A stretch of DNA of 64,000 bases from Eledone cirrhosa (taxonomy: Eukaryota). This document shows positions 1 to 13,540 of this stretch, piece by piece. The position numbers and the translations under genes are program-made. The stretch is from contig OZ024740.1 in the NCBI GenBank assembly GCA_964016885.1, forward strand, positions 399,218,001 to 399,282,000. The letters are read 5' to 3'. How positions within the stretch are numbered: position 1 is the stretch's first letter; every line of letters begins with the position of its first letter. The notes beneath the pieces are model-generated. The model searched no databases and had not been told where the DNA came from. It saw nothing but the letters and a program-made list of their open reading frames with translations.

Positions 1-544
1 CCATGCTCAGTGTGTAGGAAAGGAGTAGGCAGAAACTCCATTTTATGTCCCAAATGCAAAGTATGGGTGCATAAAAGATGTAGTGGGATCACAGGTAAGC
101 TATCTAAGAACATAGATTTTATATGTGGCCGGTGCTCAGGTGCAATAAGTAGTAGCAAGTGCCAACAGGATACTAGCTCCTTCCATTGCCCAGATGGTTT
201 TATAGAAATAGTGGACACCTTCCGTTACCCCACCCCCACCTACATCACCCCTTTTGCCGTAAAGTTATGTTGATACCACAACATCCAGTCCTAAATAAAT
301 GAGGTTGTATAGGTGTCACGACAAAAAAAACCGCACACACTCCACGCTGTAATGGTAACACGGTAAAAACCTTCCAGTCCACATTGTAAATGTGGTTGGT
401 GTTAGGAAGGGCATCCACCCATAGAAAACCTGCCAGACAGTCCTACACAAGCAAGACAACCAATCTTGCCTCAAGTGGAACAATTCCCATCTAAACCCAT
501 GATAGCGTGGAAGGTAGACATTAAACGATGATGATGAGGATGAT
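1..544 (+). mobile_element. 3' end of RTE-clade LINE (family of 29867-33404), internally deleted
   Basis: ORF 10..273 matches the 32.24-32.47 kb protein (CRKGVGRNSILCPKC...IVDTFRY), then jumps to a 3' UTR like 33090-33404 and ends in a (GAT)n tail. Confidence 0.9.
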
Positions 545-2215
545 ATTTAGACCTAAACATTGATATATTTAGACCTAAACATTGGTATATTTAGACCTAA
601 ACATTGGTATATTTAGACCTAAACATTGATATATTTAGACCTAAACATTGGTATATTTAGACCTAAACATTGGTATATTTAGACCTAAACATTGATATAT
701 TTAGACCTAAACATTGGTATATTTAGACCTAAACATTGGTATATTTAGACCTAAACATTGATATATTTAGACCTAAACATTGGTATATTTAGACCTAAAC
801 ATTGGTATATTTAGACCTAAACATTGATATATTTAGACCTAAACATTGGTATATTTAGACCTAAACATTGGTATATTTAGACCTAAACATTGATATATTT
901 AGACCTAAACATTGGTATATTTAGACCTAAACATTGGTATATTTAGACCTAAACATTGATATATTTAGACCTAAACATTGGTATATTTAGACCTAAACAT
1001 TGATATATTTAGACCTAAACATTGGTATATTTAGACCTAAACATTGGTATATTTAGACCTAAACATTGATATATTTAGACCTAAACATTGGTATATTTAG
1101 ACCTAAACATTGGTATATTTAGACCTAAACATTGATATATTTAGACCTAAACATTGGTATATTTAGACCTAAACATTGATATATTTAGACCTAAACATTG
1201 GTATATTTAGACCTAAACATTGGTATATTTAGACCTAAACATTGATATATTTAGACCTAAACATTGGTATATTTAGACCTAAACATTGGTATATTTAGAC
1301 CTAAACATTGATATATTTAGACCTAAACATTGGTATATTTAGACCTAAACATTGATATATTTAGACCTAAACATTGGTATATTTAGACCTAAACATTGGT
1401 ATATTTAGACCTAAACATTGATATATTTAGACCTAAACATTGGTATATTTAGACCTAAACATTGGTATATTTAGACCTAAACATTGATATATTTAGACCT
1501 AAACATTGGTATATTTAGACCTAAACATTGGTATATTTAGACCTAAACATTGATATATTTAGACCTAAACATTGGTATATTTAGACCTAAACATTGGTAT
1601 ATTTAGACCTAAACATTGATATATTTAGACCTAAACATTGGTATATTTAGACCTAAACATTGGTATATTTAGACCTAAACATTGATATATTTAGACCTAA
1701 ACATTGGTATATTTAGACCTAAACATTGATATATTTAGACCTAAACATTGGTATATTTAGACCTAAACATTGGTATATTTAGACCTAAACATTGATATAT
1801 TTAGACCTAAACATTGGTATATTTAGACCTAAACATTGGTATATTTAGACCTAAACATTGATATATTTAGACCTAAACATTGGTATATTTAGACCTAAAC
1901 ATTGATATATTTAGACCTAAACATTGGTATATTTAGACCTAAACATTGGTATATTTAGACCTAAACATTGATATATTTAGACCTAAACATTGGTATATTT
2001 AGACCTAAACATTGGTATATTTAGACCTAAACATTGATATATTTAGACCTAAACATTGGTATATTTAGACCTAAACATTGATATATTTAGACCTAAACAT
2101 TGGTATATTTAGACCTAAACATTGGTATATTTAGACCTAAACATTGGTATATTTAGACCTAAACATTGGTATATTTAGACCTAAACATTGGTATATTTAG
2201 ACCTAAACATTGGTA
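544..2215. repeat. 22-bp minisatellite TATTTAGACCTAAACATTG(G/A)TA, ~76 units, homogeneous part
   Basis: Exact 22-nt period; only one position varies (A/G); no spacers. Confidence 0.97.
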
Positions 2216-4205
2216 TCATCATCATCATCATCATCACCGTTTTACGTCTGCTCTTCCAAGCTAGCATGGGTTAGACGGGTTGTCCTGTTGTGGGCAGTGA
2301 TCAGTCGGCTGACCTTGTTTTGCTCATACAGGAACTGATTCTGGCTTGATTTCTACAGCTGGATGCCCTTCCTAACACCAACCTCATTTACAGTGAGTGC
2401 TGGGTGCTTTTTTTCCATGGCGCCTACACGTCCACTTTACAGTGTGGGCTGGGTGCTTTTTTTACAGTGGGAGGGTGTGGGGGCATATTGTCTATATGCT
2501 TCAGCTTCGGCTTGTTCTTGGGTCTTCTGTATTACTGTGTGACACCAGAAGTCACGGTCGTGTGTCATCATCCTTGAGAGGTGCAATTGGGTAAGGTCGG
2601 CTTTTATCACCTCATCCCAGGTCTTCTTGGGTCTCCCCACTCCGCGGCTTCCATCGACTTCTAGTGCTCTGCACCTTTTTATGCAGCTGTCATCCTTCAT
2701 ACACTTCACATGTCCATACCAATGCAACCTCCTCCCCTGCACACAGTATTTGATTCCTCTGATGCTCAGTCTCTCTCTCAATTCGTTTATACTTTGCTGT
2801 TTGCGTATATTACTATTACACATCCATCGGAGTATGAAAGCTTCGTTTCTTTCTAATCTGCGCAAGTCTTCCACCTTCAGCGCCCAGGTTTCACTTCCAT
2901 GTAACATTGCTGTTCATATACACGCATCATACAGTCTGCCTTTCATTTTGAAGGAAAAGCCTTTTGCAGCTAGCAGTGGCAGTAGCTCCCTGAACTTTTT
3001 CCATCCCGTTCTTACCCTAGTTATTGTACTTTCCTAACACCCACCGCCGCTGCTAATTTGGTCACCTAGGTAGCAGACGCTGTCTACTGTTTCTACAGAG
3101 CCCTCCCAGAGTTTGGTGGTGCGTGTTTCCTGTGGTCATTTGCTGCTTGCTGTCCCAGCGCAGCTGCTACATATGAAGCCTACATTCTTAGTTAAACTTC
3201 CTGAAATCCCACTACATCTCTTGTGTACCCATTGTTTGCATTTGGGGCAGAGGATGGAGTTCCTACCCACACCTTTCCTATATACTGAGCATGGCCATTT
3301 CCTTGAAGGGATTTGGGTTCTGTTTTCTCGTCTACTTACAAGGACCTTAGTCTTTGTCGGGTTGACTTTGAGACCCTTTCTTTCTAGTCCCTGCTTCCAT
3401 GTTTGGAATTTCTTCTCTAGTTCCATCATGGATTCAGCTATAAGTGCGCGATCATCCGCATATAGGAGTTCCCATGGGAATCTGGTCTTAAACTCCTCCG
3501 TTATTGCATGCAAAACTATAATGAACAGGAGAGGGCTGTATGCTAAATTCCTCGGTATAGTCATTGCTAACCCTAACTTTGCTCACTGCTCCTCTATACA
3601 TGGGTTGTACAGCTTTCACAAGCCATTCATCTACTCCTAATTTTCTAAGAGCCCACCAGATTATAGCACGGGGGACTCTGTCGAAGGCTTTTTCCAGATC
3701 GACGAATGCCAGGTAGAGCGGCTTACTTTTAGCTAGGTACTTTTCCTGTAACTGCCTCACAAGGAAGAGAGCATCAGTGGTGCCTTTTCCTGGTACAAAC
3801 CCAAATTGCATCTCATCTAGTTTCACCCGGTCCATAATTAACTGTGCTATACCTCTTTCTGTTACTTTCATGACCTGGTCCATCAGCTTATACCTCTATA
3901 GTTTCCTCTATCTAGTGCATCATCTTTACCTTTGTAGCAGTTGACAATGATGCTCCTGCACCAATCCTTTGGTATGACACCTTCTAGTATTACCTGGTTA
4001 ACAATTTGTGTGGTTATGGTGTAACCTACCGACCCAGATGCCTTCAGCATCTCGGCAGCTATACCCGATGGACTGGTTGCCTTCCCTGTCTTCATATCTT
4101 TGATTGCCTTACTACGCTGCTGCTGACTTGTACTGCTGGCCCCTCTATAGGGTCCACTTGGGGTAGGGTCTCTTTTCCCCATGCATTCTCCTCGTTTAGT
4201 AATCT
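2215..4205 (-). mobile_element. 5'-truncated RTE LINE (family A) inserted into the minisatellite
   Basis: Frameshifted RT ORFs (QFGF, AFVDLEKAFD, YADD), (CAT)n tail at 2216-2237; CTAAACATT(G/A)GTAT on both sides, a possible TSD. Confidence 0.93.
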
Positions 4206-4207
4206 TT

Positions 4208-4985
4208 CTAAACATTAGTATATTCAGACCTAAACATTAGTATATTTAGACCTAAACATTGATATATTTAGACCTAAACATTAGTATATTTAGACCTATA
4301 CATTGATATATTTAGACCTAAACATTAGTATATTTAGACCTAAGCATTTGTATATTTAGACCTAAACATTAGTATATTTAAACCTAAACATTGATATATT
4401 TAGACCTAAACATTAGTATATTTAGACCTAAGCATTCGTATATTTAGACCTATACATTGGTATATTTAGACCTAAACATTAGTATATTTAGACCTAAAGA
4501 GCAGTATATTTAGACCTAAACATTAGTATATTTAGACCTAAAGAGCAGTATATTTAGACCTAAACATTGGTATATTTAGACCTAAACATTAGTATATTTA
4601 GACCTAAAGAGCAGTATATTTAGACCTAAACATTAGTATATTTAGACCTAAACATTGGCATATTTAGACCTATACATTGGTATATTTAGATCTAAACGTT
4701 GGTGTATTTACATCTAAACATTGGTATATTTAGACCTAGACAGCAGTATATTTAGACCTATACATTAGTATATTTAGACCTAAACAGCAGTATATTTAGA
4801 CCTAAACATTGGTATATTTAGACCTATACATATTTAGACCTATACAGAAGTATATTTAGACCTATACATTACATTTGTATATTTAGATCTAAACAGCAGT
4901 ATATTTAAACCTATACATTTGTATATTTAGCTCTAAACATTAGTATATTTAGACTTAAAGAGCAGTATATTTATACCTAAACATT
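4208..4985. repeat. Degenerate continuation of the 22-bp minisatellite
   Basis: Same unit with many variants (ATTAGTA, AGAGCAGTA, CTATAC). Confidence 0.93.
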
Positions 4986-5203
4986 ACTTTACTTTACTAA
5001 ATGTCAATATACCTCCACCTAAACTTCAATATAGTATGCATATGCTTTAATATATGTTATCATCTAATGCACTTGAACCTAAACTATTCATTAAATGTTC
5101 ATCTTGCTAGTAGTGTTCAATTTCTTCTCTTTCTATTTCTCCCTTCCACCATCATCTCTCCCCATTTTCTATTATTATACTTTGTCTGTATTTTTTTCAA
5201 CAG

Positions 5204-5285
5204 ATCAAATATAAAGTTTACTCGTGTTTTGATGTTCAATGTAACTGGAGGAAGGAAAGCAAAAAATCTCTTGTCTATTTTAAAG
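5204..5285 (+). CDS. FPGS: FPGS-like internal exon (SNIKFTRVLMFNVTGGRKAKNLLSILK)
   Basis: Pyrimidine tract plus CAG acceptor (5201-5203), GTAAC donor; resembles the eukaryotic FPGS segment RVLLFNATGDRD..LL; phase 0 into the next exon. Confidence 0.85.
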
Positions 5286-6250
5286 GTAACTTCTTATTTA
5301 TGGCCCCCTATTACAGTAAAGAAATTGCTTTTCATATTATAGTTAAAAGTCAGTTGCCTTTCAATTACTTGTTCAATAATGAGAAAATATTTTAAATGTA
5401 AATGGATTCATCATTGATATTTGTTACTCTGAGACAGTATGCTGTAAAATTTCAGTTGGTATTGTTGTTTGTATATGGATGATTACTCACGTTCTATTTT
5501 GCCATTGTCATTTGTCCATTTAAGTTCAGTTTTGTGAGGGCATTTTAATATTATCTTTGTCTTTCTGTTTAAAATATCTGTTTGTTTTGTTAATATATGG
5601 AATTTCTCTGTTGTACATCGTTGACATTGCTTTGTTCCATTTATGTAAGCTGTATTTAAGGATTGATCAGTTAATGTCTTTCAAGTACCATACAGATCTG
5701 GATAAGGCTATCTTTGTTCCTGTAGGTAGATTTAAGTCTGAGAAAGCAGTTTTTAACTTTTGCTCATACCATTATACTATTTTTGTTGTGCTACCCATCT
5801 GAGATTTTACTTTCACTTCATACATAATTTCTTTAAGTGTTTAGGTTTGGCTGTTTGAACTGGTTTTTCAAATATTACATATTATGGTGCCAATTGATTA
5901 AAGAATATATTTATTATTCAATCCTAGTTTTCATATCACTAAAATGAAATAAAATCTAGAAAAAATAATTCATTAAAATACTGAAGATCTACATCATAGA
6001 AATAAATTTTAATTTTTTCAAATTTGGCAAGAACAAACTAGTTAAAACTTGTTATATTCAAGGTCAAAATAATAAAGAAAATATTTCTGGATTGAATCAC
6101 AATTTCACCCATACAGTGTTAAGAAGACAAATCAAAACAAGAAGGCTTTCACAAATATAAATTTCAAGCATTAAAAAAATAGGTTTCTGTCAAATATTAA
6201 ACATAAATGATATAAGGCATAATATGGCACCATGTACTTAACTCTGAGCT

Positions 6251-6504
6251 TTAACTCTTTTGCTACCAAACTGCCTGAAAGTGCCTCTGGTTCTATGATA
6301 TAATGCTGTTGATTTTTAAGTGTTTATATTTATCTAATAATCTTCCATCATAATTTGTGTAACAATCTTTAAGTTGCGTTCCAAACACCAGTTTAATAAT
6401 GAGGAAATTAGTTGTAAACCCCTTCAAATTCTTGTATATTCTCAAAATTATTTGAAAATTATAGGCAATGTTTTTCATTAGAAATATCATAAAGAAAGAG
6501 TTGA
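6251..6504. mobile_element. Small TTAA-flanked (piggyBac-like) MITE, decayed
   Basis: Termini TTAACTCTTT...AAAGAGTTGA form an imperfect inverted repeat; ~250 bp, non-coding. Confidence 0.55.
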
Positions 6505-6675
6505 CAAAGGAAATATGTTTACATTTTTAAAGAATTATTAACACATATTTATCATTCAGTCTTTGTTTATGAATTAAATAAAAAATAAAAGTCTTACAAG
6601 AATTAATTGTAAAGAACTTATAATTTTTTAATGAATGTTATACTCATTATATTTTTTGTGATTTTTAATTATCAG

Positions 6676-6739
6676 GAATGTTCATTTGATGTTGTAATCT
6701 TTTTGCCAAATTTGCAGCAGAATCCTAAGATTGTTGAAG
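6676..6739 (+). CDS. FPGS: FPGS-like internal exon (ECSFDVVIFLPNLQQNPKIVE)
   Basis: ATCAG acceptor, G|GTAAGT donor; resembles FPGS CQFDYAVFCPN; phase 1 matches the 20223 exon. Confidence 0.87.
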
Positions 6740-6799
6740 GTAAGTTTATTGCTAGCAAAAATTTCTTGATTATCTTTCTATATTACTGACAAATATATG

Positions 6800-8277
6800 C
6801 AAGAATGGCTGTCTGGTTAAGAAGTTTACTATGTAGTCATGGCTTTCATTGTTCGATCCAACTACATGACACTTTGAGCAAATATGAGTGAGTTTGGTAG
6901 AAGGAAACTGTACTGTGAGGAAAGATATCATCATCATTATTTTACATCTGTATTCCATGCTGGCATAGGCTGGATGGCTTGTCATGGTCCAAGATTAGCC
7001 AGGTCAGAGAGACCTCATCTTACCTATGCATTCTCTGTTTGGCAAGATTTATGTGGCTGGATGGCTTTCCTAGCATCAACTATCTCACAGGATATTCTGG
7101 ATGCATTTTATCATGGCACCAGCACTACCACTTCACATGTGTACTGAGTGCTTTATACTATGGCACTAATACTACCACTTTATGGAATATATTGGGTGCA
7201 TTTTATCATGGCACCAGTTCTAGAGAGGTTGGCATATGCATGGCCAGTCCTCTCTACCCTGTATTGTCTCTATGTCATTACTAACAACATTACAGTTTAC
7301 TGCATGCACACTGTCATGGCACCAACATTGTTTGAGTGTGTTCCATTGTATTTGAGATTATCTTGTCTACTTCCAGCTAGGGCTTTCTTCACACCATGTA
7401 GTCTCTGATCTCTTACTATGTCCACTTTTAGTATCGCAGTGCTTGAACAGGTGGGTGTGTCTATATCCATCTCCACTTTTAAAGAGATCATCTTGGTAGC
7501 AAAAGCTTTCTACCACTTCTAATGAACCTTCTCAACATTTAATGGAGCTTTTTTCTTGAGTATCCTTACTATTGACTACTTTTGACCAATCAATTCCTGC
7601 AACATTTTTATAATGCATAGTTAACTCCCAGATGCTGTGCGCAGGAGAGGAGATTGTGTTGGTATGGACATATAATGTGTATGTAGGATGACAGCTGTAT
7701 AAGGGCGCTCAAACTTGATGGAAGCTATGGAGTAGACTTGGGATTAAGTGATAAAAGAAGACCCTGCGCAATTGCACCTCTCAAAGGTGATGACACAGGA
7801 CCAAGATCTCTGGCATTATGCAGTAATACAGAAGACTTGCCTTCCCCTGTGCATGGGTTGAATCATACATCTAGTGCGCACCACCTTCACTTCCCCCTTT
7901 TATACACCCCACCCACGCCCTAACACACCACCCCTCACCCACATCCATATATCTACCTCCCCAAACCCCACGCATCTCCCTGACCCAAATATTGATCCCA
8001 CTGTAAAGTGATCATTTGTGTGCTACAACAAAAGTGGTTGTGTTGGTGACAACAAAAAGTGTCCAGCCCACACTGTAAAGCAGTTGTGTAGGTGTGACAA
8101 CAAAATGTACCCAGTGTAGTTGGCATTAGGAAGGGCATCCAGCTGTAGAAACCAGGCCAAAATCAGTTCTGCATGAGCAAGCCACGGTCACATGATCTGA
8201 CCTGTCCCATAATGCGACAACTCGTCTAATGCATGCTAGCTTGGAAAAATGGACATTAAATGATGATGGTGATGATA
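6800..8277. mobile_element. Decayed SINE head and old RTE 3'-end fragments in both orientations
   Basis: TGGCTGTCTGGTTAAG / GTTCGATCC box-like head at ~6805-6860; RTE 3' UTR motif AGGAAGGGCATCCAGCTGTAGAAA with (GAT)n tail at 8128-8277; (CAT)n tail at 6928. Confidence 0.65.
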
Positions 8278-8292
8278 CATTTATATATATGC

Positions 8293-8356
<64 letters not shown>

Positions 8357-8359
<3 letters not shown>

Positions 8360-9571
8360 TCATCATCATCATCACCGTTTTACGTCCGTTCTTCCACGCT
8401 AGCATGGGTTAGACGGGTTGTCCTGTTGTGGGCAGTGTCTGGTCGGCTGACCATGCCTTGCTCATACAGGAACTGATCTGGCTTGATTTCTACAGCTGGA
8501 TGCCCTTCTTAACACCAACCTCATTTACAGTGAGTGCTGGGTGCTTTTTCGTGGCGCCTACATGTCCACTTTACAGTGTGGGCTGGGTGCTTTTTTGCCG
8601 TGGCACCTCCACGACCACCTTGCGGTGGAGGGTGTGGGGCATATTGTCTATATGCTTCAGCTTGTACCCATGGGAGGTTGGGTTCTCTGTATTACTGCGT
8701 GACGCCAGAAGTCACGGTCGTGTGTCATTGCCTTTGAGAGGTGTAATTGGGTAAGGTCGGCTTTTATCACCTCATCCCAGGTCATCTTGGATCTCCCCAC
8801 TCCGCGGTTTCCATCAACTTCTAGTGCTCTGCACCTTTTTATGCAGCTGTCATCCTTCATATGCATCACATGTCCATACCAATGCAACCGCCTCTCCTGC
8901 ACACAGCATTTGATTCCTCTTATGCTCAGTCTCCATCTCAATTCATTTATGCTTTGTCGTTCACGTATATTACTGTTACACATCCATCGGAGCATGCATG
9001 CTTCGTTTCTCTCTAATCTACGTAAGTCTTCCACCTTCAGCGCCCAGGTCTCACTACCATGCAACATTGCTGTTCGGATACACACATCATACAGTCTGCC
9101 TTTCATTCTGAGGGAGAAGCCTTTTGCAGCTAGCAGTGGTAGTAGTTCCCTAAACTTCTTCCATCCCGTTCTTACCCTAGTTATTCTACTTTCTGAACAC
9201 CCACCTCCGCTGCTAATTCGGTCACCTAGGTAGCAGAAGCTGTCTACTGTTTCTACAGAGCCCTCCCAGAGATTGGTGGTCCTTGTTTCCTATGGCTGTT
9301 TGCTGCTTGCTGTCTCAGCACAGCTGCTGCATGTGAAGCCTACATTCTTAATTAAGCTTCCTGAGATCCCGCTACATCTCTTGTGTACCCATTGTTTGCA
9401 TTTGGGACAGAGAATGGAGTTCCTACCTACACCTTTCCTACATACTGAGCAAGGCCATTTCCCTGAGGGGATCTGGGTTCTGTTTTCTCGTCTACTTACA
9501 AGGACCTTAGTCTTTGTCAGGTTGACTTTGAGACCCTTTCTTTCTAGTCCCTGCTTTATTCTCTAGTTCTA

Positions 9572-9576
<5 letters not shown>
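8357..9576 (-). mobile_element. 5'-truncated RTE LINE (family A) in (TA)n
   Basis: ORF 8657..9106 is nearly identical to the C-terminus of 25818..27521; (CAT)n tail; TA tracts on both sides. Confidence 0.93.
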
Positions 9577-9621
<45 letters not shown>

Positions 9622-9929
9622 ACACACAAATCTAAAGGATATATCAAAAAATCCTTTTCATATATCAAGTTGAGAAACAATAACGATTTGAATGACTTGT
9701 ATCAATCACCAAGATCAATGGGAAAATTTCCATCATCAGTGAGCTTGGGATCTTTTCCATATAAATCTCATATTGTACACTAAACTAGCAATCTTATGTT
9801 TCATACACTTCACATGTGTGTGACCATTGGCTTCGGGGTCTAGCTATGGCCACCACTGTATATTAGACGAGGCACTTCCAAACTGACCCCCTCATCGGGC
9901 TTGTGGACAAATATACATGTATATATAAA

Positions 9930-10260
9930 ATCATCATCATCATCATTTTACGTCTGCTTTTCCCTGCTTGCAAGGGTGGGACAGGAACTGATTCTGGCTT
10001 GATTTCTACAGCTGGATGCGTTTCCTAACACCAACCTCATTTACAGTGAGTGCTGGGTGCTTTTTTGCCGTGGCACCTCCACGACCACTTTGCAGTGGAA
10101 TGATATGGACCCCAGTCCCTATCATCTCATTTCTACAGCTGAGTAAACTGGAGCAATGTGAAATAAAGTGTCTTGCTCAAGGAAACAACACATCACCCGG
10201 CCTGAGAATTGAACTCACCACCTTTCGATTGCAAGGCCAATGCCCTAACCACTAAGCCAT
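9930..10260 (-). mobile_element. tRNA-derived SINE with RTE-derived 3' tail
   Basis: Minus strand: A box TGGCTTAGTGG, B box GAGTTCAATTC, body, RTE 3' UTR, (GAT)n. Confidence 0.85.
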
Positions 10261-10345
10261 ATATATATACATGTATATATATATATATATATTCAAAACA
10301 ACGAACAGCAGAAGACATGTATCGCTCCTCTCCGACAGATAACCT

Positions 10346-13248
10346 TGCCAGACGAACTTAAGGATAGGTTTTACAAGTCCCTAATGCACACTACTGCTCT
10401 AACAAACGACAATGACTTCCTAATCATTGCAGGAGATTTTAACGGACACATAGGTAAACACCGTGACAGCTTCTATAGAGTCCATTGAAGCCATGGGGTT
10501 GGCACAAGAAATGAAGAAGGATTCAGGCTTCTAGAATTCTGCGACGCCAATGACATGTCGATATGTAACACAAACTTCAAAAAACCCGACAACCATCTGA
10601 TCACCTATAGATCAGGGGAGCATTCTAGTCAGATAGATTTTATCCTCATCAGAGGATGTGACAGATGGACGGTCGTAAACACAAAAGCCTTCCCTAGTGA
10701 GGAATGTACATCCCAACATAGCCAAGTTGTCAGCGATCTCATGATCAGAACTAGACGAACCTGGAAACAGAGGCCAACCTGGAGAAGAAAGATCTGGAAG
10801 CTGAAAGACCGCTCAGCCAGTAACAGATTTAAAGATATTTTACTCAACGCCTATGACAGTAAAGAAGAACAGATAGAGACATTCAATGTAGAAGAGCACT
10901 GGGAGTTCCTAAAAAATAACTTACTAAAGGCGACGGATGAGATCTGTGGCTGGAGTAAGACCACAGTCAGGAGGAGAGTGACTTGGTGGTAGAACAATAA
11001 GGTAGATGAGGCAGTTAAGGCCAAGAGACAGGCATAGAAAGAATGGAAGAACAGGGGAAGCAGGGTACATTACATAGAGACCAAGAGGGAAGCTAGGCGA
11101 CAAGTATGCTTAGCTAGAAGGGAAGCGGGGGATAGAAAATTCAAGCATGTCCTGCAACGTGAGAACCAGAAATAGGAGGTGTTCAAGATTGTGAGGCAGT
11201 GTGTCAGAGAGAATTGTGATGTCATTGGAGAGCAGTGTATCCAGAATGATAAAGGTGAGCTTGCCCTCACAAGTGCTGAGAAGAAAGATGCGTAGAAGAA
11301 CCATTATGATAGATTACTAAATGAGGAGAATGTATGGGAAGAAGAGACCCTACCCCAAGTAGACCCTATAGAGGGGCCAGCAGTACAAGTCATCAGCAGC
11401 GTAGTAAGTAAGGCAATCAAAGATATGAAGACAGAGAAGGCAACCGGTCCATCGGGTATAGCTGCCAAGATGCTGGAGGCATCTGGGTCGGTAGGTCACA
11501 CCATAACCACACGTATTGTTAACCAGATGTCATACCAAAGGATTGGTGCAGTAGCATCATTGTCAACTGCTACAAAGGTAAAGGTGATGCACTAGATAGA
11601 GGAAACTATAGAGATATAAAGCTGATGGACCAGGTCATGAAAGTAACAGAAAGAGTTATAGCACAGTTGATTAGGGACCGGGTGAAACTAGATGAGATGC
11701 AATTTGGGTTTGTGCCAGGAAGATGCCCTCTTTCTTGTGAAGCAGTTACAGGAAAAGTACCTAGCTAAAAGTAAGCCGCTCTACCTGGCATTCGTCGATC
11801 TCAAGAAAGCCTTTGACAGAGTTCCCTGTGCTATAATCTGGTGGGCTCTTAGAAAACTAGGAGTAGATGAATGGCTTGTGAAAGCTGTACAACGCCTGTA
11901 TAGGGGAACAGTCAGCAAAGTTAGGATTAGCAATGACTATAATGAGGAATTTAGCATACAGGTTGATGTCCACCAGGTCTCTGTTCTTAGCCCTCTCCTG
12001 TTCATCATAGTTCAGCAGGCAATGACGGAGGAGTTTAAGACCGGATTCCCATGGGAACTCCTGTATGCAGATGACCTCGCACTTATAGCTGAATCTATGT
12101 TAGAACTAGAGAAGAAATTCCAAACATGGAAGCAGGGACTAGAAAGAAAGGGTCTCAAAGTCAACCTGACAAAGACTAAGGTCCTTGTAAGTAGACGAGA
12201 AAACAGAACCCAGATCCCCTCAGGGAAATGGCCTTGCTCAGTATGTAGGAAAGGTGTAGGTAGGAACTCCATTCTCTGCCCCAAATGCAAACAATGGGTA
12301 CACAAGAGATGTAGCGGGATCTCAGGAAGCTTAATTAAGAATGTAGGCTTCACATGCAGCAACTGTGCTGAGACAGTAAGCAGCAAACAGACACAGGAAA
12401 CAAGTACCACCAATCTCTGGGAGGGCTCTGTAGAAACAGTAGACAGCTTCTGCTACCTAGGTGACCGAATTAGCAGCGGAGGTGGGTGTTCAGAAAGTAG
12501 AATAACTAGGGTAAGAACGGGATGGAAGAAGTTTAGGGAGCTACTGCCACTGCTAGCTGCAAAAAGGCTTTTCCCTCAAAATATACGAATAGCAATGTTA
12601 CATAGTAGTGAGACCTGGGCGCTGTCTGTGGAAGACTTGCGTAGATTAGAAAGAAACGAAGACTGCATGCTCCGATGGATGTGTAATAGTAATATACTCG
12701 AACGGCAAAGCATAAATGAATTGAGAGAGAGACTGAGTATAAGAGGAATCAAATGCTATGTGCAGGAGAGGCGGTTGCGTTGGTATGAAGGATGACAGCT
12801 GCATAAAAAGGTGCGGAGCACTAGAAGTCAATGGAAACCGTGGAGTGGGGAGACCCAAGAAGATCTGGGATGAAGTGATAAAAGCCGACCTTACCCAATT
12901 ACACCTTTCAAAGGCAATGACGCACGACCGTGACCTCTGGAGTCACGCAGTAATACAGAAGACCTGACCCCCCATGTGTACAAGCCTAAGCTGAAGCATA
13001 TAGACAATATGCTCCTACACCCTCCCACTGCAAAGTGGTTGGGGAGGTGCCACGGCAAAAAAGCACCCTGCACTCACTGTAAATGAGGTTGGTGTTAGGA
13101 AGGGCATCCAGCTGTAGAAATCAAGCCAAATCAGTTCCCATAAGAGCAAGACAAGGTCAGCCGACTGGACACTGCCCACAACAGGACAACCCGTCTAACC
13201 CATGCTAGCGTGGAAGAACGGACGTAAAACGGTGATGATGATGGTGAT
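10346..13248 (+). mobile_element. RTE LINE (family A), 5'-truncated in the APE domain, with stops and frameshifts
   Basis: AGDFNGH and SQIDFIL APE motifs; RT ORF 11692..12795 with YADD; 3' UTR and (GAT)n tail. Confidence 0.94.
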
Positions 13249-13540
13249 ACACATATGATTTCCTTCAAATGAAACAGTTGTATATATATATATATATACA
13301 TATGATTTCCTTCAAATGAAACAGTTCTGGTCCTGTAGAAGCCATTTCTATATTAAATTTTATATATATATATCATTGAGATTACTGGGGGAGAAGAGAA
13401 AACACGTATGTCACAGATTAGTAATAATACCTTCTCCCTGATGTCACATAAAATTCCATGTGTACATGTTATAGCTTAATTGCTATAAGTTATTGTTTTG
13501 CCTTGTTTCTTACTTCACGGACAGCGCTTTGGCTTGTGTC

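Noticed and set aside
544-2215. CRISPR-like array
   Set aside because: Contiguous 22-bp units without unique spacers, no cas genes, eukaryotic context.
9690-9905. Hammerhead cores on the minus strand (CTGATGA at ~9739, CCGATGA at ~9898)
   Set aside because: No properly placed GAAA or stem I partner; too decayed to call.
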